A stretch of 63,726 bases of DNA, filler included, from Hausera hauseri (lineage: Eukaryota): NCBI GenBank assembly GCA_046269625.1. It is 13 parts of 13 records of this genome, joined end to end, with 100 filler letters (N's around TTAATTAATTAA, not from the genome) between each part and the next. Parts side by side here need not be neighbours in the genome. Positions count along the whole stretch, not along the records: positions 10,286 to 16,166 come from JBJURY010174972.1; positions 16,267 to 22,012 come from JBJURY010195970.1; positions 22,113 to 27,139 come from JBJURY010357265.1; 10 more parts are not named here. The stretch is one strand, 5' to 3'. Below, one piece after another: positions 10,765-22,139 of the stretch (position 1 is its first letter; every line of letters begins with the position of its first letter). The translations under genes and the position numbers were made by a program. Under the pieces are notes generated by a model, which was not told the origin of the DNA, did no database searches, and worked only from the letters and a program-made list of their open reading frames with translations.

Positions 10765-12281
10765 TTACTCATAGTAAATCCAGTGAACCAAACACGATAT
10801 CGAGTAATTTTCACGATCGTAAGTATAGGATACGAAATCATCATAAGTTTTGTCAAGCACAGAATGACTACTCCATGAAACTCCTTGTCGTAAATTTTCA
10901 ACAATCGCAGTTTGAACAATAATTTTATATCGGAGTCTTTTGTACGCAAGTTTGATTTCATTACGCACGTCATCGCTAATCAGCTTGCAAACTTTTCTGA
11001 AAAAAATGCATAAATGCTACATATGTATAATTAATAATCGATTACATAATTCAATTAACAATGCTTCACAGACATTGAACGAAACGTCTCACTATAAATG
11101 TGGGTTTTTATAACAAATAGTCAGGAAGACATGCAAAATACAATGCTGATTAATATGAAAAAAAATTTTTGCCGAAAAAGCCAAACTATAACAGCAAAAT
11201 GTAACAGCATTTGACACGTATTCAAATCTCCCGCACTATGTTTAGAAATTTTCAATTTTCACAACATTTTCGTATTAATGTTTTTTTTAATATTCGATTT
11301 ATAATATTTCCTTCATGTTATGTCAATTTAAAATGTGTTGGTTTAATTCACCATAGCATATTTCATCGTGTATAAATTTTGGTCATGCACATATTAGATG
11401 GATATATTTTATTTTGTCAGAAGATAAAGGAAACATTATAAATCGAATATTAAAAGAATATTGGCACAAGAAAAGTAATGAAATTTTGGAAAAGTTCAAA
11501 ATTCCTAAACGTAGTGTGGGCGATTTGAACAAGTGCGAAATCCTGTCAAATTTAAAAGCTCCAAAATGCGTTATTTTGGCCTTCTTGGCAAACATTGTTT
11601 CATATTATTAATGATCATTATATTTTGTATGTCACTCTGATTATTTGTTATAAAAATGACCCATATTTACAGTAAAATCCCTCATTTATGGTACGTACTT
11701 CTACAATATTCCCTACCTTCAGTGAATTATAAATTTTAACAAATTCCACAAGAGAAATGTTCAACAATTTTCTCATATTATTAATCATTATTATATTTTG
11801 TACGTCGCTCTGACTATTTGTTATAAAAAAAAACTACGATGTACAATAATGTGACAAAATCGAAATTTTAACAAGGGTAGAAAAATCAATAATTTTTCCT
11901 CTACTTATATAATATACTTGTTTGAATATTTCCCATAAATAATAAGTAACTGAAATGAAAATACCTAAGATATCCAACACCATAGCTGTGATAATTTTCC
12001 ACAAAGAATCGAATACTTTTCTTTATGATTTGTTCCACTTTGTTTCTACTAATCTTTTCGTCCGAAGTCGGTTCCATTCGATACGTTGGTTCATATTTAA
12101 TCGGTTGTTTAGCCTTCACATGCCGAATCCGGAATGCCGCCATTTTATGACGCATCATCATCAATGTTCCAATATTCGGGAAACTCGGTCGTTTTGTTGA
12201 CGACGTCGTCGACAGATTTGGAGTTAATTTCGATATTTTACGGGATGATTTATTCCCTTCACTGATTCGATCTCTTGACAT
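10765..12281 (-). CDS. Tctex1-domain dynein light chain (TCTEX1D-like); exons 12281..11965 and 10996..10765
   Basis: Exon 1 has YEPTYRMEP...KVEQIIKKSI. A GT-AG intron (10997..11964) joins it in frame to RKVCKLISDDVRNEIK...RYKIIVQTAIVE...SCLVHWIYYE*, a typical Tctex-1 C-terminus. Confidence 0.85.
11090..11680. repeat. Long imperfect inverted repeat (foldback/MITE-like) inside the Tctex1 intron
   Basis: Arms of about 260-290 bp: tttataacaaatagtcag vs ctgattatttgttataaa; aatattcgatttataat vs attataaatcgaatatt. Partial third copy near 11775-11830. Confidence 0.8.
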
Positions 12282-12428
12282 GGTCGAATTGGTGAGACAA
12301 TGAACAAATAATAGAAATAATTGCAGTGGTTAACAACAGTTCGATAATATTTGCTAATCGAATAAGTACGTACGATGATGACTGATAGCAGACAGACATC
12401 ATTAACAAAACACAATGAATTGTCATGA

Positions 12429-13262
12429 CTACAGGCCTAGATTTGGTACTACATCGATGCTACACAAACAATCTAAAATATATCTCGAGCAGAGTAAAGC
12501 ACAATATATTTTGCAGACATCCTCATAATCCTGTGGTTGTGTTATCGCGTAATGAATACAATCAGTCAAATATCGAACGATATCCATTAAATTTTGAAAT
12601 TCGAACTTACTTGTCATTTCATTTATTTTTATTGATTTGACTTTTACAATCAACTCTGAATTGTCTTCGATAATTTCCATTTGTGAGATTTTTAATTCTT
12701 TCATTATTTTGAATATTGTTTTTAAACGGTTTTCCGAACTTTGTAAAATGTTTTGAATGGCGTTCAATAGATTTTTATTGAAATTAATTGTTTCTATACA
12801 ACCAGTCTTTTGTTTCTCAAAGTAATTCATTCGACACTGATCGCAAAAGAAACTGTCTACATTTTGAGTGGATTGTGCTTCTTTTTGATTGCACAAGTAA
12901 CAACACCTTGCTTCTTTTAATTCGTACAATAAATCTGCGTGATCAAATTGTTGCAGCATGTTTAGTGACAATGAATACACAATATTTACGTTTCTAGAGA
13001 GATACTCCTCAACATTCTTAAGGAAACGTTCATCCGAGTTTTGCATATTGATCTGGAAATAATATAGCATTACATCAGAAATAATTACAATATTTTCCAG
13101 ACATCTTGATTCGACTTCAAATATATTACCCAAATCAAACTCTTGGACTGAAGTCGTCTTGTTGAATCTATTAATAAAAGTTTTCATATCATCAAAACGT
13201 TCATCGAGAAAAACAATCATCAGATCATTAATAGTACTTTGCTCCTTGAATAAATTCGTCAT
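12429..13262 (-). CDS. Uncharacterised 277-aa protein with CxxC..CxxC cluster
   Basis: Intact ORF in very AT-rich DNA; CCYLC and FFCDQC pairs. Confidence 0.5.
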   Translation of the reverse strand: MTNLFKEQSTINDLMIVFLDERFDDMKTFINRFNKTTSVQEFDLGNIFEVESRCLENIVIISDVMLYYFQINMQNSDERFLKNVEEYLSRNVNIVYSLSLNMLQQFDHADLLYELKEARCCYLCNQKEAQSTQNVDSFFCDQCRMNYFEKQKTGCIETINFNKNLLNAIQNILQSSENRLKTIFKIMKELKISQMEIIEDNSELIVKVKSIKINEMTSKFEFQNLMDIVRYLTDCIHYAITQPQDYEDVCKIYCALLCSRYILDCLCSIDVVPNLGL

Positions 13263-13439
13263 TATCGAATAGAGTTTGTGAATTTTTCATAAAGAAGTTT
13301 ATATTTTAAATAGCCAAGTATCGAAAATAATAGTTGAAAATCATTGCATGAAGAATTATTTACAAACGAAATTTATATTGTCAAATTTATCAGTAGTAAA
13401 ATGTAATAATATGAAAGAACGCTGTAAATTGAATATTAG

Positions 13440-14130
13440 ACGAATAGTAGTCCCTATAATCATCATATATTCCCTCTTTACTCCCTATAATCCTCCTGTA
13501 ATCCCTTCTTATTCCCCAAATCCTGCTATATTACTTATACATTCTCCATATATTACCAATATATTTTACCTCAATATTACTCATGTCACATACACATTGC
13601 CTTCATTTCCTCCATATTACATGTATTTTACTTGTATATCCTATATTCTACATGTATTTTACATACATTGCCTATATATGCCCTTATCATATTCCATGCC
13701 TATTATGTTATATTCCTTGCTTAACATATCATATTACGCATTTCACACATTACATTCTATATTTCTTATACCACATTTCATACATCTCAATCTGCTGTTA
13801 CGTCATATCCATGCTTATTACGTCATATATTGCACACATATCATACTTACCCGTATTTCATCTGCATTACCCGTATATTTTACACATGTTACCCATAATA
13901 CCGATATTTTACCCGTATTCTACTTTCATATCACTATTACTTCTACCACCTACATATAATCCAGAGAAGGTAAAGGGTGTATATAGTATATATAGAGGTA
14001 TGTGTGTGATCATGTGTGTGTATATGTACAGAATGGAACGAGTGAATGGTGATGTTGTGTATAGATATATTGTACATATAATATATTTTTATGTTTATCA
14101 TGTAAATTTTGTGTAGAATGGAGACTGTTT
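13440..14130. repeat. Low-complexity degenerate simple-repeat tract
   Basis: G-poor tract followed by G/T/A-rich tract; the ORFs here are compositional artefacts. Confidence 0.7.
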
Positions 14131-14475
14131 GTAGAAAACCTGCGTGCTTGAAGATGTAAAATAGGTATGGAAATGCCATAGAATATGTTGTGACTGCTGT
14201 AAATAAATAGCCGGGTCGACATTCAGGGAATCAGAAGACGATAGCAGCCATTGTTATTTACCACACCGATCGTGACTCTGTTCTATTACTTAATTGACTT
14301 GTAACGCCATCAAACGGGGTAATTTGTTACAGAAGGTTCATAAGGAATTCATCACATATCAAATTCTGAAAGAGATAAACAACAGATGTTAATATCTAAA
14401 CAGCAGAACCCAATTGTATTTAAAATGAAGAAAAGTATGTGTAAAACAGCAAAACCGCAATTGTATACAAGGGTT

Positions 14476-14522
14476 ATGATGATCATGATGATGCTGATGA
14501 TGATGATGATGATGATGATGAT
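14476..14522. repeat. (GAT)n microsatellite
   Basis: Directly visible. Confidence 0.9.
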
Positions 14523-15967
14523 TATAATTCAGATATATAAATGTTTCCATATATAGATGTTTTATTGGATTTGCTATTCTTTATTTACGTAGTGCTTGAC
14601 ATATTTTATTACCCTTTCTATTTATTTTTTTCTATTTTATTATTCTTATATATATATATTTATTTATTTATTGATTGACTTATTATATATTAATCTTTTT
14701 GCTTTTAGAAGTTGATTCGATCAACAAAGCCCTATGGCATATCCATAGGACTTGGTTGATCGAATCAACGATGCGGAAATAACTCCTCGCCGCGCTCTAC
14801 GGAGTGAAAAGAGGGCACCGGCAGGGCCATGGGGGGTAGTTTCCCATGTGCGCTCAACGGTGATTTTCACTATATTTATTTATTTTTTTTCTTTTACTTT
14901 TTTTACATTAAGATAATTTCGAAAATGGAGTAGAATTTACCATGTAGGTGCTTTTATATATATTATTTTTATTTTCATTTTATTTATTTATTTATTTTTT
15001 ATTCTTTCCCAGTTACTTTACATAACTATGAACTAGTGTAAACAATATGAAGCAGTGAATTGCCGACGCCTTCATTCGTTTTTGGAGAAATTTAAACGAG
15101 ACAGAGAGAGGTCCTATGCAGTTGAAAATTAGCCTTATGTATTATGAAAACTTAATACATAACATAAAGTAATAAATTATAACAAACTGTTTGTGTGTGT
15201 GTATTGGTTTATCTACGGTAATAATTCACTATATTTCATTTCAAACCATCCTGAAAAAATAAGAGACATATTGGGTGACATTCACAAAACCATACGATAA
15301 TTTATTAACAAAGATCGAATACCTTAATCTCCATTAATTTATCGTATACACCTAAACCGTATATAATAATATGAAATCTTAAACCGGAAGTATCAGAAAC
15401 CGGAATTTCACAAAAAATTTTGAAAGCATGGATTGGTTTCTTTTTTTGATAATATTTTACAACACTATGTTCTGTGTATAATTGTAACTTTAAATGTCAC
15501 AGTCATATTTAGCCGCTTATTTGGCACACCTTTGGGTAACTTGAGCACGATTAATATAACCAACATATTAAACCGATGTTAATATCATATATTTATGAGA
15601 CCTCATCTATTTACCATTTAAATTAAATTTTATAACCATATAATGTAAATATAATTAGCATTCAATTAATATATTTGTTCTATGAAACCTGCCTTATTCA
15701 CTCAATTCTACGTGGAATAGAGGGCATATTGTAAGGAACATAATGTGTGTTAATCTTTAAATACCGAGTGATCAGTAAAAATCCAACCAGTGCATATTTA
15801 CATGGGTAAAATTAGTAATCAAAATTTGATAAGAATTTCCTCAATTTAATCTATATATAAATAAGAATACATGTAAAAAACCTACAAAATGTGGTAAAAT
15901 AACGCATTAAATAAATAATATATATATATACTAGTAAATATATTTGCATCAACTTTTAACAGTGAAT

Positions 15968-16166
15968 AAAATGTCTAGATAATGTAAAGTGCGTCTAGAC
16001 AATGTCATCAAAATGGTGCAAATGGTGCATATAAAATGCCTAGACAATGTAAAGTGAGTCTAGCAATGTCAAAATGGTGTAAATGGTGCAAATAAAAATG
16101 TCTAGATAATGTAAAGTGCGTCTAGACAATGTCAAAATGGTGCAAATGGTGCATATAAAAATGCCT
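15968..16166. repeat. Tandem minisatellite, unit about 62-65 bp, three or more copies, cut by contig end
   Basis: aaaatgtctagataatgtaaagtgcgtctagacaatgtc...aaatggtgcaaatggtgcatat repeated. Confidence 0.85.
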
Positions 16167-16484
16167 NNNNNNNNNNNNNNNNNNNNNNNNNNNNNNNNNN
16201 NNNNNNNNNNTTAATTAATTAANNNNNNNNNNNNNNNNNNNNNNNNNNNNNNNNNNNNNNNNNNNNAAATTATCTGTGTAGAGATCGTTAGGAATGTATG
16301 GTCGATTGCCATGTAGAACTCTGAAAAAAGCGTCTTTACTAATAGTGACAAAATGTTCCTGGGCCGCCCAAATTGTTTCATCAGTAGGTGAGTTGTTCTG
16401 TTCAGCTAACTCGAAAAGGGCACGTAGTAATGTGCCAAATAGGACCTCCGACGTGGAGCAACCGGTTGATGTGGATGGGGTGTT

Positions 16485-17093
16485 TCACCATCCGAGTAAG
16501 ACAAAAGGTAAAAGGTTTACCCAATGGGGGTTTTGTTCAGCTAGGATTCTGAGAGAGGTTTTCATTGTACGATGAAAACGCTCTAAAAGGCCGTTCGACT
16601 GGGGATGGTAGGGTGTTGTGTGGATGTGCGATATGCCCAGTCGATTTACTAGTGATTTAAAGAGATTCGACTCGAATTGGGGGCCTTGGTCAATGATGAT
16701 GTGTTTGGGTGAGCCGAATCGGCTGAGCCATACACATATAAAGGCGTCAGCTATTGACTCAATGTTTGTGAATCGAAGTGGAACTGCTTCTGGCCATCTA
16801 GACGAACGGTCCATTATGGTGAGGATGAATTGGTGACCGTTATTTGGTGGGAGAGGGCCAACGATATTGAGGTGGACAGTATCAAAGCGTGACGTACAGG
16901 GAAAATGATAAAGTGGCGGCTTTAGGTGTTTGGTGATTTTGAACTTTTGACATGTCGCACACTCCCTAACCCATACCTGTACGTCTGTTTTCATTAATTG
17001 CCATGTAACTTGGCGTTTTAAAAGGTGATTTGTGACCTTAGGTCCTGGATGGTGTAAGGCATGAATATTAGTAAAGCTGTTTTTTGGAGACAA
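16485..17093 (-). CDS. Gypsy integrase (HHCC + core), frameshifted from RT-RH
   Basis: HALHHPG...CATCQ, VHLNIVGPLP (first Asp changed to Asn), DRSSRWPEA, DQGPQFES, ERFHRTMK. Confidence 0.9.
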   Translation of the reverse strand: MSPKNSFTNIHALHHPGPKVTNHLLKRQVTWQLMKTDVQVWVRECATCQKFKITKHLKPPLYHFPCTSRFDTVHLNIVGPLPPNNGHQFILTIMDRSSRWPEAVPLRFTNIESIADAFICVWLSRFGSPKHIIIDQGPQFESNLFKSLVNRLGISHIHTTPYHPQSNGLLERFHRTMKTSLRILAEQNPHWVNLLPFVLLGW

Positions 17094-18604
17094 GGAACTA
17101 GTATTATTTTAGGCCATCCAGGGTCGGTGGTATCGAAGGCCACGCCATCAATGATTTTAAAAGATTTATAAGAAGTGAGTGTTTCATCATCCTGTTGATT
17201 CCGTCGAAGCGTCTCATTGTCTAAAATTGGTTTAAAAGTTATCGAGTCAACTGAACGTGATAAAAAATCAGCTACAACGTTATCTGTGGCGTTTATATGT
17301 TTTATTGTAAAATTGAAAGTTGACAAATAGGATACATGTCTCTCCTGAGGTAGAGAGGGAGATTTCATGGCGAAAATATGTAGCAGCGGCTTATGGTCCG
17401 TTTGGATTTTGAAGGTGCGTGATATTAAGAGATGTTTAAAATGTTTGACTGCGAGGACCATTGCTAAAAGTTCTCTGTCGAAGGCAGAGTACTTTTGTTC
17501 CGTTGTAGTAAATTTTCTAGAAAAGAACTCTAAAGGTTGATGCGTGTTATTTTTAAATTGGTGGAGTCCTGCGCCTGCAGCGATAGTTGATGCGTCCGTT
17601 GTAAGGAAAAGTTCTGATGTAGAATCTGGGTAGGTTAATATTTCCACTGTTTTGAGATTTGATTTTAGGTGTTGAACAGCATTAACAAGTTTGGGTGCCC
17701 AAATAATACGTTGTTTCTTTTGACCAGCGCTTAAGGTAGCGAATGGGGCGGTTAAGGTCGAACAATGCGGTACGTATTTGTGAATAAAATGCAAGGTACC
17801 GAGAAATGAACGCATTTCTGAAGTTGTGCGTGGTAATTGAATGTTTTTCATTTGAGTGATGCGGTCTTGCTGTGGAGCATGTCTATTTGGAGTAATAATG
17901 TGTCCGAGGAAATTGATATGTTGTTTAAAGAAGGAACATTTTGCAAAGTTTATTTGGAGGTCGTTTTGGTGGAGTAATTTGAAAACGATGCGTAGGTGCT
18001 CAGTATGCTGTTTAGAAGATGAAGAGGCAATTAAAATATCGTCGATGTAGGAATATGCGAAGTCTAGGTCTGCGAAGACGGTGTCTATATGCCTCTGAAA
18101 GGTTTGGTCTGCACTGCGTAAGCCAAATGTCATGTACAAATATTTAAAAAGTCCGAAAGGAGTGGTTACTGCCGTTTTTGGAATGTCTGTTGGTGCTACA
18201 GGGATTTGGTGGTATGCCTCATGGAGATCGATGTTTGAGAAAATGGTGGAACCGTGAAGTCTATGTAGAATGTCATTGATTAGCGGCAAAGGATAGGCGT
18301 CCATAGTTGTTGTCTGATTCAGTTGCCTGTAGTCACCGCATGTGCGAAAAAATCCGTCCTTTTTAGGGACAACATGTAATGGCGAAGCCCATAGAGATTT
18401 AGATCTCCTGATGATGCCTAAGTGTTGCAGTTCTGAAAATTCGGCTTCGACTGCGTGTCTGCGATATGGGGACAATGGGCGTACTTTTTGTCGAATGGGT
18501 CTCTCGTGTTCTGTGACAATATGATGGAAAGTGTGCGTGGCTGGTTTAAAAGCTTTGTCTTTCTGCAACAAACGAGTGCAAGAGGAAGATACATAGGATT
18601 GCAA
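17018..18604 (-). CDS. pol: Gypsy reverse transcriptase-RNase H
   Basis: SPLHVVPKKDG, CGDYRQLN, AYHQIPV, YIDDILI, TTDAS, FDRELLA, TDHKPL. Confidence 0.93.
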   Translation of the reverse strand: MQSYVSSSCTRLLQKDKAFKPATHTFHHIVTEHERPIRQKVRPLSPYRRHAVEAEFSELQHLGIIRRSKSLWASPLHVVPKKDGFFRTCGDYRQLNQTTTMDAYPLPLINDILHRLHGSTIFSNIDLHEAYHQIPVAPTDIPKTAVTTPFGLFKYLYMTFGLRSADQTFQRHIDTVFADLDFAYSYIDDILIASSSSKQHTEHLRIVFKLLHQNDLQINFAKCSFFKQHINFLGHIITPNRHAPQQDRITQMKNIQLPRTTSEMRSFLGTLHFIHKYVPHCSTLTAPFATLSAGQKKQRIIWAPKLVNAVQHLKSNLKTVEILTYPDSTSELFLTTDASTIAAGAGLHQFKNNTHQPLEFFSRKFTTTEQKYSAFDRELLAMVLAVKHFKHLLISRTFKIQTDHKPLLHIFAMKSPSLPQERHVSYLSTFNFTIKHINATDNVVADFLSRSVDSITFKPILDNETLRRNQQDDETLTSYKSFKIIDGVAFDTTDPGWPKIILVPCLQKTALLIFMPYTIQDLRSQITF

Positions 18605-21600
18605 TTCCAGTGGAAGTGATGATAAAATGGTTGATGGTGATGCTGATGTTGTGATTTGTTTAGCGTCGGTTAGAGAAAAAGTTATACTATCAAGACTATG
18701 TGGAATTTGGTGTATATTGTGGCAATGAAAATGGTGTTGCGAGCAGTTTCGTTAGCGAAAGATGTCAAAGAGTTGGCATTATCATATTTGTCAACTGCGT
18801 TATAGTAATCTCTAAATAAAGGATTATTATTATAATAGTTTAAATTAATGTGATTTTTTAAGAGCAGATTTACGACCGGTGATCGTCCTTTCGGTCGTCG
18901 AAATGATATTCACCTGATTAGACTGTTCAATTTGATTTGAGTTAATCAAGTAACAGCGTCTGCAATCCACCAGTAGTTAGTAATGGGACAGGAAATCTGA
19001 TCCCAATATAGGCGTTTGGATATTGGCGACTACGAATGTCCAATTGTATGTGATTGTGCTGCCTGGTAATGTAAAAGTGATGTTTGTGGTGCCTAAGATG
19101 TTTAGTTCAGCCCTGATTCAGTAAATAATTTTTTGTGTACGTTTGTTTTGTTATGTACTTCATATTCAGGAAGAAGCAGAGAGACAGCTGCTCCAGTGTC
19201 TATGAGGAAGTTAATGTTATGTTTTATTGGAGTAACAACAGTTGCCTCCAACATAAAAACTGCATATGTTGTGTTTCGGCTGTAATTTTGTAAAGTTGAG
19301 CCTTTGCTAGAGGTAGCCAATGACTCTAGCGGCGTTATTAGCTTTTTTGCTGTGTTTGATTTTGTTTGTTTGTTGAAAATTGCCGATTCTCATGTGAGTT
19401 AAAATTGCATCCTGGTAGACATTTTATGGCCTTAGTGTTGAATTTAGAACGGTAAATGCAAATGTTGTTGCTCGACTTGAATTTAGGTTCGAAAAATTTG
19501 CACCCAATGCAACATTTGTGTGCATTGTTTTTAAAACTAGTATGATAATAACAAATCGACGATCGCACGGGCGATGGCGATCGTCTGTTGCGCAGTGTTT
19601 TACCAGAATGAGCGACACCATGAAAATTTTGTCTTGGGAGAGTCATTTGGTTTAACTTATCGTTTATTCTGTTAATGATTTCTAAAAGTGCCTTGTTGTC
19701 TTCTCTTAACTGCGTTATTTGTTGTTGTAAAGCGTTTTGCTGTGTATCGTTTGGTGTGATGGTGGTAGAGATAATTGGGGTAGTGTGCATTTGTAATAAT
19801 TAGTATGATTTATCAGCTAACTCTGTTAATTTATTAAGGTCTAAAAACTCTTCAACCACGGTTAACGGACCCGTAATTTGTAAGGGTAATGCGTGGAGAA
19901 AATAACGTCTTAAAGGGTCTGAGTTGTGTTCTTGTGTTATTCCAAGTGCTTTCAAGTTCTTTAGAGCTATCTGCAAGAATTCGGAGGGCTTCCGATTGCC
20001 TAAGGTATTTTCGTGGAAATAGCGTTGAATAATAGAATCTAAAGAAGGCTCTGTAAGCCTAAGAACAGCGTTGTATAGCTCCTTGTAGGGGTCAGAGTGC
20101 TCGAAAAGCTGTAGAAGGTTGAGTATTCGGGTTTTAATTGAGTTCGGTAAATAGTAGAAGAGACTATTGGCCTTTGGAAGGGACTCGGTGATGTTGGCAG
20201 AATGCATCCACAGCTAGTGAAATTGAAGCCAGGTTTGGCTTAAATTTTGACTGTCAATAAAGAATTCAATGCAGTGGTGGCTAAAAGGGAGGCCGGAAGG
20301 TATGACTGTACTGGCGCAGCGTAGTATCGAAATAGACTTTGGTTTTTCAGTGGTGTCGATCGAAGGTGATGAGTTCATGCCGCCAAGAATTTTGACATTG
20401 ACTTGAATAAGAAAGGTAGTCTGTCTAAAAAGGAGAAAATCATGAAAGGTGTGGATGATAAGACCGTTGTAAGACAAGAAAAAGGTAGAAGTGCCTAGAA
20501 GATTAGCGAGGAGGTGATAGATATGTGTTATGTGTGGTGTATTCTTGCATGTGTGTATATGTGTTTATTGTTAGTTAAAAAATAAAAGGAAAAATAGGGG
20601 GTATCAGCGGCGGGTGGGTTTTGTGGTGCACGACGCAAACAATCCCGGCGTTCGGACGGCACTGGCGCGACAGCCCGGCGCGTGGCACCACCTCGCCGAC
20701 GTGGCAACCTCTGGGTGGCCGAACTCCCGTAACCAGGTCCGGCAGCCGTTCGACTATCCTCGTAGTGAAGGGTATTATGGGGTTTAAGGATGTTATTAGT
20801 GACAACTTGTACTAAGTGAGCGTCACGCGCGGACAACGTTTCAGGAAATGGTGCAATAACACCTTGTTGCTCAACATATGCACTTGGTCTTGGTGTTTTA
20901 CTAATTGTGAAATTTGAAATAACCGGAACAATTTCCTTTTGTGTTTGGAAGACACCTTTGTCCAAGTGAAAAGTTATAAGCGATATAAGCTGATAGTCGG
21001 TAACGGCTTGCATTTGATTTTGACCGTGGGTGGTAATGTTTGATGAAAACTGAGCAGGTTTTTTGTTAGTTTTGCCTTTTATATGTTGCGGCAGTTGTGG
21101 AGAATGGGATAATGCGTCGTAGTTCAATATGTGTTGTGTTTGTTTACCGGCACTCGTTACAAAATTATGGACTGTTCGCAATGTAGTCGTTTGCATTATT
21201 GCATCAAGTGGCAGAAGTGGTAGTAAAAACAAGACGATATGAGCGTCAATAACTATTTGTATTGGTTTATTTTCTCCATTAGTTATTTACGATAATATCC
21301 GAAGGGTATCAACTAAAACATTGGCACCGGAACCCAGAACTAGGAAGCGCAGTGCTGGCGAAAACTGGCCAGTAATTAATGGAATACAGGGCGGTTCTTC
21401 GCCACTATATATACTGACGATAACCCATGTGGCGTTTAGCAACAACCTGACTGACACGTTTGCATTCAAAAACCTGGACGATGGGTAAAGAACGGCCCGA
21501 CCAAAAAATAAAAATACGCCAAAGTGGATAGAGATACGGGCGAAAATGTGCCTTTTGGGATGATGATAAAATGATTAATAAAAGGGCCTATCGATAAAAC

Positions 21601-22139
21601 AATAATTAAAAGATGAGTACCGCGAAGCAAAACGAGCCAAAAAACTTCTGCCGGGGGAGAAAAAATCCATTGGCTGCCACGATAGCGAAAATTTGGCCCA
21701 CCTGGGTGCGGTAACACGGTGGTAGATGGAAATTGTCTGATTTTCACTAGTAACGAGATTCAACAAAACTGTGTCATTAACTGAACAATAGCAGAAGTAT
21801 TTCCCTAAAGGATCATACGCGGATTCATATATTACTGATTTGTCATTGTAATATTCTTGATATACACCATTAGAGACGGAAAATATGTAAAATCCGAGCG
21901 CACGTTTTTTCCATATAATTCTGTGCGTATCTGACACCATTTTTGTTCTTAAAACTTGGGGAATAATAAATATCCAAATTAACAAAATGACTGAACAGTT
22001 GATAACTGATATNNNNNNNNNNNNNNNNNNNNNNNNNNNNNNNNNNNNNNNNNNNNTTAATTAATTAANNNNNNNNNNNNNNNNNNNNNNNNNNNNNNNN
22101 NNNNNNNNNNNNAATATGTGTAAAATAAAAATACTGATG

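Larger units (their letters stand above)
16267..20740 (-). mobile_element. Ty3/Gypsy LTR retrotransposon, family A copy 1 (gag-PR-RT-RH-IN), degenerate
   Basis: gag about 20378..19338; protease FLIDTGAAVS; RT YIDD; RH TDAS and TDHKPL; integrase with DQGPQF and HPQSNGLLERFHR. Gypsy domain order. Confidence 0.95.

Noticed and set aside
13348-14222. Overlapping Tyr/His/Ile-rich ORFs
   Set aside because: Produced by low-complexity, G-poor sequence.
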